Positions 1 to 13,450 of a DNA stretch of 64,000 nt are shown piece by piece. This stretch comes from Octopus bimaculoides (Eukaryota): the NCBI RefSeq assembly GCF_001194135.2, contig NC_068983.1:66633798-66697797 (forward strand). Direction: 5' to 3'. Within the stretch, counting starts at the first letter, position 1, and each line of letters opens with the position of its first letter. The position numbers were made by a program, and so were the translations under genes. Below the pieces are notes generated by a model. The model was given only the letters and a program-made list of their open reading frames with translations, was not told the origin of the DNA and ran no database searches.

Positions 1-830
1 CTGATTTTTTATTTAAATGGCATCAGGAAGTGGTATGCAATAATGAAACACCTGCTTCCTGATATAAAGAATGGGATCTATTTCTTCACCAACTTGAAAT
101 CAAATCTCTTCTGTCAATTGTGATCAATGATACATAAAATGAAAAATCCATATTTAATTCTATTACTAAATTTGTAATATGCATATATATACAAACTCTC
201 TCTCTCTCTCATTCTCTCTCTTTCTCTTCCTCCCCTCTCTCTCATTCTTTCTCTCTCTCATTCTCTCTCTTTCTCTTCCTCCCCTCTCTCTCATTCTCTT
301 TCTCTCTCCTCTCTCTCTCTCTCACACGTACACATTCATACACGCATATGTACGCACATTTATGATTATGATGTATAGCAAGAATGATTTCTATTTGTTC
401 CATTGTTAATTACTTTAACTATGGTATTCTTCCTGAGAAATAACTACATAAAGTTATACACTGAAATTCATATGCTTGCATATATTGAAATATACCAATA
501 TACATTGATTTTATCTCATAATTTTGCCAATGATGCACATAGAGTTGGATAAACATATGTTTGTATATTAGATGCAATAAAGTAAGCTGACAGGTCATCT
601 GTAGGAATAATTGCCCTCTCTTCTGACCCATAAATATTTTTCTTGGATTTATTAATTATTGAATATGATAAAAAGAAACTTTCAATTCACTATCAATCTA
701 GACCATTTTAAAATAGTAAACTCAACAGCCATCTAGTAGCTTCTCTTGTCTCATTCTATGAACTTCTGCTCTCCCTACCATGTACAATAGACTTTCTGAA
801 GAGTGATTTCTTTCTATTTCATTTTCCCCC

Positions 831-831
<1 letters not shown>

Positions 832-917
<86 letters not shown>
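832..917. repeat. (CT)n microsatellite
   Basis: Near-perfect tctctc run. Confidence 0.97.
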
Positions 918-1194
918 AACATCTGCCTCATTTACTCATATCTCCTTCCACAAAACTTCATATTGCCAGGGAAGATGATGATTTTGTAAATGACAGTTGT
1001 AGTGATGGGGATTATACAATGCATTCATACAATATTTCAGTTTTTCCTTGCCTAGATGTTTTCTGAAAGCTAATGTAGAACAATACAAGCTAGCAAACAA
1101 ATCAAGCGAACATTACAGATGTCTTTCTATTTGATGTAGAGGAGACTATATAACTACTGTGTGTAAGAAATCTTAGAGGACAGTTGCTCATGAA

Positions 1195-1229
<35 letters not shown>

Positions 1230-1784
1230 NNNNNNNNNNNNNNNNNNNNNNNNNNNNNNNNNNNNNNNNNNNNNNNNNNNNNNNNNNNNNNNNNNNNNNN
1301 NNNNNNNNNNNNNNNNNNNNNNNNNNNNNNNNNNNNNNNNNNNNNNNNNNNNNNNNNNNNNNNNNNNNNNNNNNNNNNNNNNNNNNNNNNNNNNNNNNNN
1401 NNNNNNNNNNNNNNNNNNNNNNNNNNNNNNNNNNNNNNNNNNNNNNNNNNNNNNNNNNNNNNNNNNNNNNNNNNNNNNNNNNNNNNNNNNNNNNNNNNNN
1501 NNNNNNNNNNNNNNNNNNNNNNNNNNNNNNNNNNNNNNNNNNNNNNNNNNNNNNNNNNNNNNNNNNNNNNNNNNNNNNNNNNNNNNNNNNNNNNNNNNNN
1601 NNNNNNNNNNNNNNNNNNNNNNNNNNNNNNNNNNNNNNNNNNNNNNNNNNNNNNNNNNNNNNNNNNNNNNNNNNNNNNNNNNNNNNNNNNNNNNNNNNNN
1701 NNNNNNNNNNNNNNNNNNNNNNNNNNNNNNNNNNNNNNNNNNNNNNNNNNNNNNNNNNNNNNNNNNNNNNNNNNNNNNNNNNNN

Positions 1785-1828
<44 letters not shown>

Positions 1829-1959
1829 TTTGTTCTTTTATTTGTTTCACCCATCCAGATGCAGTCATGCTGGAGCACCACTGTGGTTTTGCTGATTTCC
1901 TCAGTCTGGTGGGGTTTTCACATTGCAGCTCCTGAATGTGCCTTTATTTGAACTGTAAG

Positions 1960-2360
1960 CTAATTTGGTGCATCTCCTCATCTGTACATCATGCTGGGTC
2001 ATCAGTTCATCCAGTATTGTGGATAGAAGGATGTCTAGTTCCTTTTTAAAGACAGCTACGTCCATATTATGTAGATTTCTTAATATTTGTGGCAGTACAT
2101 TAAAGAACTGTGGGCCTTTGAACCCTAGGCTATTTCAGTACCGGGTCCTGAATTTAGATGGAGTGGATGGTACCTTTGATACAATACAATGCCCTCCAGT
2201 TCTGGCATTCATATAACATTCAATGCCAAATTTAGGCACTAGCTTTTCTAGAGTTTTCCATACGTAGATTATTACATATTTGTCATGCCTTCACTCCAGG
2301 GAGTAAAGTTGCAGCTTTTTCAGCCTCTCCCTGTAGCTCATCCACTGCAATGTTTCAGTC
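1960..2360 (-). mobile_element. CR1/L2-like LINE, degenerate 3' end of ORF2
   Basis: Minus strand reads KKLQLYSLE*RHDKYVIIYVWKTLEKLVPKFG...NSLGFKGPQFFNVLPQILRN...FKKELDILL, resembling the LYSLERRR...FN.LP...FK..LD C-terminus of CR1-group RTs. Confidence 0.65.
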
Positions 2361-2437
2361 ATTTTCATGTGGTGATGTTGGACTGCTATTTATATATATA
2401 TTCATATTTATAAATATATATATGTGTATGTAAATAT

Positions 2438-2481
<44 letters not shown>

Positions 2482-3428
2482 TAACATTTATATCATCATC
2501 ATCATCATCATCATCATCATGTATATATATATTTATATACATATATGTTTATATATATATTTATATATTTATTTTTATATACCTATACATATAAATTTGA
2601 CATGGGTAATTCTTTCTTGCCTTTGGATTCATGGTCAAACAGCTGGGTGGAATTGTGTGAAAAATTACACAGATGTGTAGAATAATTTGGTGGTGATGCT
2701 GGGCTTTGTATTTTTCCATAGCTCCCATGGTTACCGAGATAATCTACTATAATAATACTCTTGTGTTTATGATTGAGAAAGGAAGGGATGATAGATGAAT
2801 AATGAAGGAAGAGGTGATGTCATACTCAGTAGTGTATGCTGAAAAAATAAATCAAACAGCATTTCAACTTTGTGTGAATATATGTGTATGTAAAAGGGGG
2901 GGTATGTGAATGTGAGTGTGTGTATGTGTTTGTATGTGTGTGTGTGGATGCACAATGGAAGTAGGATGGTTCATCTTTGTTCGCTTAGTATTTGGGTTTA
3001 TTNNNNNNNNNNNNNNNNNNNNNNNNNNNNNNNNNNNNNNNNNNNNNNNNNNNNNNNNNNNNNNNNNNNNNNNNNNNNNNNNNNNNNNNNNNNNNNNNNN
3101 NNAGATAAATAGATAGAGAGGATGGTGGAGGGAGGAAGTGGAACAAATATATATATATATGGCAAGAAGAAAATGGAGGGAATCCAGAGGTGGTATTCAT
3201 CAGCTGTTAGACATTATATTATGTCTATTTGTTTATTTTAAACAGTTAAAATAATATATAAATACATGCATAAAGTATTAGTAATTTCTAAAATGGAGAA
3301 AGAAGAGCAATTTCTTACAACTGTTTCAGCCAAGAGGTCACAGTACCCCATATGTTATTTCCATCGTTTCAGTGTATTGTAGTAATCTGTAGATAAAATT
3401 AGGGTACTTGGGTATGCCTCTAGGCTTT

Positions 3429-3561
3429 GTCAGAGAGTTTTATAAGATAGTCCAAGAAGTTCATAGGGTTAATTTATGCATATATAAATACATATGCTTC
3501 GTCAGAGAGTTTTATAAGATAGCCCAAGAAGTTCATAGGGCTAATTTATGCATATATATGC

Positions 3562-3570
<9 letters not shown>
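3429..3570 (+). repeat. Two-copy ~72-bp tandem duplication
   Basis: gtcagagagttttataagatag(t/c)ccaagaagttcataggg(t/c)taatttatgcatatat starts at 3429 and again at 3501. Confidence 0.9.
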
Positions 3571-3602
<32 letters not shown>

Positions 3603-5408
3603 GCTAGAAAAACTATAATGTCTCAACAAGGTAAATATTGAACTAGGGAGGATACTCCAGTTTGTTTCGATATACCCATGGGCATGCAAGACTTCACTGA
3701 AGTTGCCGACTTAGTTGGAATTTACCTTTAACACTTACTCAAAGAACAATTTCCTGAATTGGAAAGTGGTCCTTACCGCAACAACACACTATTTTTAGTT
3801 AGAAATACCTCGAACGGAAAACTTGAGCTATGCAGAAAAAGAATACACAACTTCAAAAGCCAAGGACTAGCCATCACCATTGAAAAAGATTACAACTCAG
3901 TGAACTTCCTAGACGTTAACTTTAACCCTAATATGTCTTCTTATGAACCTTACCATAAACCTAACAACAATATCAGGTACATACATGCACAAAGTAACCA
4001 TCCTTATAATATTATAAAATTTCTAACCTCTAACATAGAAAGTAGAATTAACTTATTATCATCCAATGAGGAAATTTTTAACAAGCACAATGATTACTAC
4101 AATCTAGCACTTAAGAAGGCAGGATACAAATATTGAATTAAGTACAATAAAAACAATAGCACCTATTCTAATTATTCCAATAATTATCTAAAAAAGAACA
4201 ATACCAACCATATTACTGAACCCACATATCATCAGCAATATGTTAGCAACAGACACAAATCCTACAACAACAATAAACATCATAATAATAAACTTTATAA
4301 ATATGAGCACCATAACCATAACCTCACTAATAGAATGAATAACACTAATTTTACCAACCCACAAATCACCAAATATACTGTTAATAATGTAATTAAACTC
4401 AAGTATACAGACAGTAAATACTGAAAACAAATAACTATAAATAAAAATAAAAACATCAAACCAACACACTTAAAAAAATCAAACTTATTCCACTACATCT
4501 CATCCTTCTAATAATTCACATAACCACATAAATCATATTAATAAAGTTAGGAATAATATAGAAAAAAGAAACCTATACTATATGTAAGAATAGATGACCC
4601 ACAAAATATAAAATTACTACGATAATAAAGAAAACAGCAAGAACATCATTTGGATCATAATTCCTTTTGCAAAACATCTAAAATCTAATTTTATTAAACC
4701 CATTAGAAGCATTGTTAAAAAAACTTTAAAAACTCTAAATATGCAAAAATATTTAATAACAAAATGATTAGCTTTGGGCTTTCAGTATCTCCAAACCTAT
4801 TTAGGATCATCTCTTCATTTGACAATAGGAAACTAGACTAATTCTGTAATGAAAAAAGCTTCTTCTAATACACATACTAACCCCAATAATTTCATATCTA
4901 ATAACAATAATTATCAGAATAACCAAACCTCAATTACCCCTAATATATATAGACATAACAATAGAGTACCAACTAATAATTCTAATTGTAATTGTAGAAA
5001 CCTAAATACTTGTAAGCTAGAAGGTAACTGTAAAATGAAAGATGCAGTATACCAAGCAACAATTATCACCCATAATCTCTCTAAAATTACTTATATCAGA
5101 TGTTCACAAAATTCTTTGAAATTAAGATTAAATTATCATAGATAATCCTTTAATGACCTTAGAAAATAAAATAGCACAGGTCTATCCAAAAAGGTTTGGC
5201 AACTGAAAAGAAGCACTATAGATTACTCGATTTCTTGGAAAATATTTTCTTCAGTTCCATCTTATAGACATATTAACAAGATTTTCAAATTATGCCTAGA
5301 AGAAAGTTGCAAAATAATGAAAATGAACAGTTCTCTAGTAAATCCGAGAAATGTAAAAGTTTTTTCTTGCAGACAGATGTCAAAATTCCTTTTTATTAAT
5401 CTTAAATA
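3603..5408 (+). mobile_element. Penelope-like element (PLE) remnant: RT C-terminal half, linker and GIY-YIG endonuclease, with stops and frameshifts
   Basis: FDIPMGMQDFTEVADLVGIYL (cf. FDVTMGSYDGAEVCELVG); PYRNN at the YRDD position; VNFLDV...YEPYHKPNN..RYIHAQSNHP...EEIFNK...YYNLALKKAGY (ORF 3759-4136); linker KNIIWIIIPFAK; CNCRNLNTCKLEGNC...AVYQATI...TYIRCSQNSLKLRLNYH (ORF 4849-5145); TGLSKKVWQLK...YSISWKI...KLCLEE. Confidence 0.9.
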
Positions 5409-6440
5409 ATCTTTCCACCCACCTACCTTAACCACTATCATCTTATTCCTTCTTATAATTTAGTTTTTTGTATAATAGTTCTCTCTACATTATTACTGCC
5501 TATATATGATTCCTTTTCTATAATACTCTCTACTTTAATTATCCTACATTACTTGGATATTCATATGTTATTCTACCATCCCCCCATATATTGTATGAAC
5601 CTCATTTTATTAATATAGAACCAATACCAAATGTTCATATACCTTCCCCTCTTTCTCAATATATGTTTTTAGACAATTTTTTTGACTATTACTTAATATA
5701 CACACATATATATACATTATTTGTATGTAATCTATTTTTTTCACAATATGTACTTAGATACACCTCTCTCACCTGTTATTATTATCATAATTAACTATTG
5801 TCAATACTTCTTACTTTTTACTATTGATATATGCAAACACCTTTTAATACTTTTTCAGGGACTATTTTGCTCTTATATATCTTTTTTATTATCCTTTTCC
5901 CTTCTTTTCTTCTTTCTTATTCGTAACCTATTCCATTTGCATATGTATATATTTTTTTTAAAAAACTACCTCTCTTAACTATCCCAATTTTTATTTCTTA
6001 ATTATTTTATTTTGTGTTTCTCACAAACCTATGTATATTAACCAAAATCTTACAGATGATGTACGATTATACTTAGAGTAATTCTAAGTGCACAACAATC
6101 ACTTCCACAAAATACTCACACTCTCATACATATAGTTTATTTATCTCTTCGGTTATCCATATAAATAGATTTATAGTATTTCCATTTTTTCTCATTATTA
6201 GTATTAATATTATTTTTATTTATCTATCATAATTTTTATTACTACTTCTAATATTTTCTTCAACTTTATATTTACACCGATTAATATAATTAATAGATTA
6301 TATATTATATTCTATATTTTACTTATAAAACTTATAAAATAAACTTTATACATATACGTATGTCATATATTATACATAATATTATGCAAAGGTATATGGA
6401 TGTATATATGTGTGTATATATCTGCATACACACATGTATG

Positions 6441-6484
<44 letters not shown>

Positions 6485-6887
6485 TATATGCACATATCCT
6501 TTTATCTTATTTCGTAGTTTCTGTTCCTTTTAAATGCATCAGTATACAAAATATATATACATATTTTGAAATAATATTCTCTTATATTGGAGATTTATAT
6601 ATATGAATTATTTCTCATATCTTTATTATATTTATTTTTTCACACCTAACACTCCATAACAATAAAAACACTTTTTCTTACATCCTCTTTCACCACTATA
6701 GAAACGTGTATTTCTTTGAAAAATCTTTCTTACGAATTTACTTTAGCTTTATATCCCCTACATTGTTCCTTTTTCAACCTCCTCCCACCAAAAAAAACTC
6801 TTTTATCACCGTGCGTGATTTTTTTTCTCAATAATTTTAATCATAGCAAGTATCATCTTTCTCGATTCTGTAATATTAACAACTATT

Positions 6888-6958
6888 CTTCAGTGGGACT
6901 GAACCCAGAACCATATGGTTGGTAAGCAAGCTACTTACCACACAGCCACACCTGTGCC
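6888..6958 (-). mobile_element. SINE head fragment (tRNA-derived)
   Basis: cagtgggactgaacccagaaccatatggttggtaagcaagctacttaccacacagccac, same family as 30375-30438. Confidence 0.85.
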
Positions 6959-7721
6959 TATATATATCGTATATTTTACTTCTTACGATAAATGCTTTAT
7001 ATGGAATGTATATCACTTAATTACCTATCTTCATATAGAGAGAATGTTTCTTAAACATTTTTCACTTATATCTCCAAATATCCGTTAGCAGCATCATTTA
7101 TAGTTCATACACAACCAGACTCTACCTAAGCATGTATTTATCTTTCATCTTTCATAATCATATCATGAATATCCGAACATGTTATATGACACTCACTCCA
7201 TCTAGTCTTTGCACTGAGGAGAATGGTAATATGTAATTAATTTAATTATAATTAAATGAATTTTTAATTTTTCCATGTATCTTACATGTTAATATTACCG
7301 TTTGAAATGATTGTATGCATGGATTAAAATTTTATAAATCTTTCAACACCTTCTCTTCTCCATCTTTAATTGTGTGCTGAGTTGCTATAGGATACGTGTT
7401 CTATAAATGCTCATAACACACCTTATACTTGTAACATTTTCATATTAAAAAAATACTTAGAATAGTAAGCTACCAATTTAATATGAAGGATCCCTATTAG
7501 AAATCTAACTTTGGAACCGCCCAAAGTAAAGGATGAAATAGAACTCAACCTTTTGTCACATATATATATTCATTTTGCAAGATTCTTGATGTGAATTCAC
7601 GTGTTGAAACAGATATTGTTGTATTTTGGTATGGTCATGTTTCCAGTTTAGCTAATGAAAACACATGCAATATATATTTGGGGTTCACTTGCTTTACTTT
7701 ATTTTATATTAATTGGATTTC

Positions 7722-7765
7722 AGCCAGAGTTCTTTCGTCACACTTCTATGACCTCACCAGTGGTC
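7722..7765 (-). ncRNA. Degenerate minimal type I hammerhead ribozyme (A6G variant)
   Basis: Minus strand: GACCA CUGGUGA G GUCAU AGAAGU GUGAC GAAA GAAC UC|UGGCU. Stem II GUCAU/GUGAC, stem I CCA/UGG, intact GAAA and UC triplet; core reads CUGGUGA instead of CUGAUGA. Confidence 0.72.
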
Positions 7766-8745
7766 TTTTGCTTTCTTCTTTCTTTCTTGTGTCTCTCCTT
7801 CCTAATGTTCTACCATTTTTTGTATTCTTGCTGTATGTGTCTTTATTTGCACATGCATATATCAGTGTGTGTGTGTCTATGTTTAGAAAGTGTGTCTGTG
7901 AGAATGTGTATGCTACCTGCATTATCAGTATCCCCTGATTATTCACAGCCATTTAATTTACTTTTATTTATTTTATTCATTTGTTTTTGTCTACTTACTT
8001 TTTCAGTTCTTTCTTTTTTTTTGTATTAATTTAATTCAATTTATTATATTTAGTTTAAGCATATAATTATTTAATTCCATTTATTTAGCTGTCTATTGTA
8101 TTAGTTTCATATTATGATTATTAGTATATGGGGATTTTATTGTGCCATAGGTTGTGGTGTGTGGCTAGGTTTATCTTCTATTGTGGTTGTAGCTTCTGTA
8201 ATTTATCTAAGCATTGCATCCGTTCTATGTGTGGACAAGATTTTTAACTTCTATGTTGTTGAGTGTACCTCCGTATTCCCATTCGGCATGCTGTTATAGA
8301 ACCAAGCTGTCTCCCCTACGTATGTTGTATGACAATGTATGACAACGACGTACATAGGGGAGACAGCATAGATCATAGGAAAGCAGGTAAATGAGTATTG
8401 GAGGGAACTTAAGGAAGAGAAGAGCTCATCGGTTCTATACCAACATGCCAAGCAGGGAAACAGGGTCTCACTCAACATAAACAAAATATAATAAATTAAA
8501 TTAATACAAGAAAAGAAAGAAATGAAAAAATAAATAGATAAAAACAAATGAATAAAAGTAAATTAAATGAATGTGGATAAATGGGATACTGATAATGCAG
8601 GTACCATACACATTCCCACACACATACTTACTAAACATAGACACACACAGGGATATACGCATGTGAAAATAAAGACACATACAACAGGAACAAAAATGGC
8701 AGACCGTTAGGAAGGAGAGATGCAAAAAAGAAAGAAGAAAGCAAA

Positions 8746-8790
8746 GGACCACTGATGAGTTCACAAAAGTGTGACAAAAGAACTCTGGCT
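8746..8790 (+). ncRNA. Degenerate minimal type I hammerhead ribozyme (G12A variant)
   Basis: GGACCA CUGAUGA G UUCAC AAAAGU GUGAC AAAA GAAC UC|UGGCU. Intact CUGAUGA, but GAAA reads AAAA; homologous to the 7722-7765 copy. Confidence 0.72.
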
Positions 8791-10165
8791 GAAATCCAAT
8801 TAATATAAAATAAAGAGAATAGACAATTAGAGTTTGGCCAGCTCCTGTCAAACCATCCAATCCATGCCAGCATGGAAAACAGATGTTAAACAATGGTAAT
8901 GACGATGATGATGATTTTTGACTAGAGAATAAGAGTTGTCTAGAGGAATGTGTGTATAACATTGTGCTAACCTAGTGAAGTTAGCATCCTCCAGATTGAC
9001 AACAGAGACATGTCAATATGCATGCATATTTCTGACTTTGAGTTTAGACCGTCTGAAAGCTAAAAGACAGCAATATACCATGTTACATTAAGTGGTGCAT
9101 TGTACATCAACAACTCAAAAAAGTACATATTCTGTACAGTTGATAGAACACACATTCTTTTTAGATTGAAAACCTGTATCAATCTTCTTGGTTGACATTA
9201 AGACCAGTAGTTCTGTACCTTTGAAGACCTATGGAATAAAAAAATCCCTTACTTGTAAACCAAGTAGTGGTTGGTAACAGGAAGAATAGTTGTCTGTAAA
9301 ATCCTTCTTCAAATACTCTCCAGCCTAACTCATGCTAGCTTGGAAAAACAGATGTTAAAAAATGTATACATCTACATTTATATGCCTGTACCTATGTATT
9401 CTCTAACTAGTATTATAAAATCATTTCATAAGATTTCATACAACTATCCTTATATTTCTTTAAGTTCAGGCATTAATGATTGTAAAGTAACATCTTAAAA
9501 TTTGAGCGGCGGGATTTTTAATAGGACAAGGTCGCAAGGATAACTAATCTGTCATATATCATATGATTTGTTATGTTTCATGTTATCACTTCCATTTCTT
9601 TTCCACATCAAGAGTAAAAATTTCATCTTTTGTTTTTTTTTGTTTTCTTTCATTGTGAGTTTGAATTTAGGACATCACTTTTTCTATTGTATTGTTGTTG
9701 CTGTATTTGTGTATGTTACACCATGCAAACTATGATTATGATAGAGAGAGAAACAGAAACGAGGGAAATGATACTAATTGGTTGTTTGTTGTCTTTTAAA
9801 ACCACACCCAGCCCCAACTTTGAAACCTTCTGGAAATATTCAATTGAAGTTTTTTTCTCCTTCTAATATTGAACAAACAGAAAGTCTGTTATTGGCTAAG
9901 CTCAAAATTAACTTCTTTTGGACATTAGTTTGTTCTTTTAGGCTTTATTTTTTAAAATCTTCATATTGTATTTCATAAGAAAAATTGACTGCTTCTAACC
10001 ATTAAATATAACACTCTCTCTNNNNNNNNNNNNNNNNNNNNNNNNNNNNNNNNNNTTCTCCCTCACACACATACATATGTACGAACATACATTCAATTTC
10101 TTAGAATAAAAGACAATGAGTTTTTTTTCCCTTTCTGGAAGAATTTGTTTTGTAAGGAGAGAATT

Positions 10166-10181
10166 AATAATAGTAGTAGTA

Positions 10182-10230
<49 letters not shown>
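10166..10230. repeat. (TAG)n(TAA)n compound microsatellite
   Basis: tagtagtagtag followed by a long taataa run. Confidence 0.95.
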
Positions 10231-10232
<2 letters not shown>

Positions 10233-13200
10233 GCATAAGCAAACATTTTTTCATATGTTTAGTGAATGTTACAAATGTATGAATACAGCTTTCCAAATAT
10301 AGTGAGGCAAATGAGGAAATATTGAAGGTTGTTTAGATGTGTAGAATTAAACACAAGAAAACTATGTATGAAAATTGAAATCTGAGAAATCTAAAAATGG
10401 TTAAATAGTATGTATATTCAAAGAATTAGCAAAATCTCCTGATTATTGTGTGTATTCAAAGAACTGACACAATCACTAAATAAGAAAAAAAAAAAACACC
10501 AGAAATATGAACTTCAGATTACAAAAAAGTTTTACTCGATTGTAATTTGTACATTAATATACCAATTCAAGCACCAAATTTGAAATTAATGAAGGCCCTC
10601 TCAGAAAATATACCTCCTGAGGTAGAATCTAGACTAAGAAATGCATTTTTCAGTTTTATTAATTTAAATATCTCCATTGCTATTATTTACCATTCTAAAT
10701 TTCATTTTTATTTCTGTTTAATATATCTCTTGTTTATTTATTTGTTATTTTCTTATATTGAGCATCTTTTCTCTTTTGTCAATTTTGAAAACTATTGCAA
10801 GTATAGAACAAAATTAGCTGCTAAATATAAGAAGTTTGCTTTTACAAAAATGTCTACCAATCATAGTAATGTGCTTTAGTTTCTAAGTATATGGTTGAAA
10901 ATCCCCATATTTGGAATGATAAACTCTTAAAGTTATAATCTGCACTTGCTATACCCATGGCAATTCATATGAGCAAATTTCATTCTGTTCATGTATTTTA
11001 TAAAATTTAGTTCACAAGCAAAATGTTTTGTGGCATAGGAATTTCCTTAAGGAGTTTAAAACTATATTTTATTATAATTAGTTTACCACTGTTTCAGTTA
11101 TCATTTACAATCTAAATATGATTTTTTTTCTCTTACTTCTCATTATTCTCCAGCAGTTTTTGTCTTTCATATATTTTAGTTTTTCTGTTAATACATTTCT
11201 CTCCCCATTATTTTCATTTTGTATTTGTATTTAAAACTCTCTTTTAATATTTCAAACCTTGTTATATTTTCCCAAATTGCTATGCTTGATCCATAGTTAG
11301 ATCAGCTCATTATTTAACACACCCATGGGATTTATAAATTGCCTTTAAATGTATGCACTACTCAGTATATTTTTCCTCAAAAAACATTTCCATACATATT
11401 GACATAGCTTTCATGAGTTATTTTAGTTCTTCAAATACTTCTTCTCACTCCACTCAGCACATTCAACTATATTTATGGTATGATAGAAACCATACTACCG
11501 ATTACTGAGTAGAGAAGTATTTATAGTAGGAGGTTGCTTATAAAGCTCTATCACTTCAAATGTAAGAACTAGTATGCTACGGATGCAGAGATTTTCAATA
11601 TATGAAAGCTAGTTAATTTATGATAATAATGGTTGATGACAGGAAGAGCATCTGGCCATAAAATCTTACCTCAACAGATTAAAAAAAAAAAAATTATTAA
11701 CAGATCATTTACTTTACCATATCAAAAATAATCATACATACCTATGTCTAGTTTCATGCTTATAACATCCACAACTACAGAGTGACCTGCTCTAATACAA
11801 GACTAGTGTGTAATTCTGTACATTTATGAGTTGAGTTATAGAACCTTTTTGTTAATTGCAATGATGAGAATTTTCAAAACATATATTTATTTCTTGTTCT
11901 AGATATTAAAATATTTGTAGATTGGCCTCATTTACCAGTTGTCTCTTGAGAAAAACCTCTTTGAACTTTCTTTGCAAAACTTCAGCTTCAGCATTTACTT
12001 ATTTATTCTGTTTATTGTAGTAATCCAAATAACACTTGAAATATGTAATCTTTCTTATTGTTTTTGGAGATAATGCATCAGTAATGAGGATTAGCATTAT
12101 CTTATTTAATTGTTGAAGATACAATTAAGTCATGTCATTCCTCTTTTTAATGTTTTCAGTATTTCCACAGTTGCTTATGAAAGGGCTATGCTCTTTCTTT
12201 GAGCTACACTTTTGGTTTCCTCCAAAATTAAAAATTAGAATGATGAGTAATGTTAATGCAGTTAATAATTCAATTATTCGATTTGTTGCAAGATAGTTGA
12301 TGTTTATGGTATAGTATGATATATATTACCTTAAGTCTGAACAAGAACAAAATCAAATAATATGGCCATTTGATAGAGGCTTTTATTAAATATAGGTAAT
12401 TAATAGTAGTTTCCATTTCTTATATCAATTATATTCCTTAAATTATGCTTTGATCTTATGTTGCATGAAAATATATCTGTATTATTATGTTGATTATAAA
12501 AATGCTATTTAAAAGGTTTATATTTTTATAAGAATACATATAAATTCTGAGTTGGAAGGGATATCATCTGAAATTGTGTGTTGGAACTAAAACAATTGTA
12601 ACATGGTAAAGATATGTTAAGCATGAAGAAACATATATGAATGTTATATTTCATTTCATTTTATTATTATTCTGTAATCCTGTTATATAGTATTAAGTGT
12701 CAAAGTCTTTCAAATGTCTATCGACTGTATCTTTGTAGCTGCTGAAATTAGTTGTGAATCAGTTATACATCAATAGCGTGTTATTGTATGGTAGAATACT
12801 TTTGGTATTTAGTAATATACAATATTATCAAAAATAATAGTAAAAGTTAATATACAGGGTGTGTGTTTTTTAATTGCTATTATGATTGTGATATAATTGT
12901 TGAACAAATTAAGTTTCACTATTTACATATTTAATGGCTGTACTAGACTTAGATACTTAGATGGCCATTCAACTTGACTACAGTGTGGTAGATAGGGTGC
13001 GCAAGTATACAGAAACTGTAAAGGTACTCAATACAGAAAGAATTACCACTGAAATACTTAAACTAGCTGGTGGAGTTAAAGTATGGATTAGTCAACCTTA
13101 TAGTCAATCAGTTAGTATGGGAAGGTCGCATACCCAATGGCAGGCATCAGATCAACTCCAACTGCTTCAAGAGGAAAGGAGATGCACTAAAGAAAGCAGA

Positions 13201-13344
13201 AATGATAATGCTAACAAATTGTATGATCAGGTAATGAAAGTTATGGGAAGTTGTATAGCTCAATTGATTAGGAAGTGCATTAACGTAAATGAAATGTACC
13301 ACCTCACATGATGTATTGACATGGAAACACACAAGCATATACAT

Positions 13345-13346
<2 letters not shown>

Positions 13347-13409
<63 letters not shown>

Positions 13410-13450
13410 TATATACACACATATATCTACATACATATACACACACACAT
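13347..13450. repeat. (TA)n/(CA)n microsatellite
   Basis: Long atatat run grading into acac. Confidence 0.95.

Larger units (their letters stand above)
7697..8815. mobile_element. Inverted (head-to-head) pair of 5'-truncated PLE 3' ends: GIY-YIG fragment + pLTR-like tail with hammerhead
   Basis: Arms are reverse complements (ctttattttatattaattggatttcagccagag... / ...ctctggctgaaatccaattaatataaaataaag), symmetry centre ~8335. Right arm (+) reads CMTTTYIGETA*IIGKQVNEYWRELKEEKSSSVLYQHAK; left arm (-) reads CHTTYVGETA, i.e. the YIG motif of GIY-YIG nucleases. Confidence 0.85.

Noticed and set aside
2602-2680. Another MGN start (MGNSFLPLDSW...)
   Set aside because: No similarity to the SIF N-terminus; it hits a stop with no suitable donor.
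4134-4136. In-frame TGA in the PLE as a selenocysteine codon (reported for some PLEs)
   Set aside because: Not at a conserved Cys position, and the element has many other stops and frameshifts; ordinary decay.
6053-6100. CAGAUGA followed by an ACUUAGA/UCUAAGU hairpin downstream of the PLE ORF (possible pLTR hammerhead)
   Set aside because: Neither CUGAUGA nor GAAA-UH is present and there is no convincing stem I.
12961-13311. 116-aa ORF as a gene
   Set aside because: No domain match I can recognise; an alternative frame has a weak LINE-like VWEGRIPNGR remnant; insufficient support either way.
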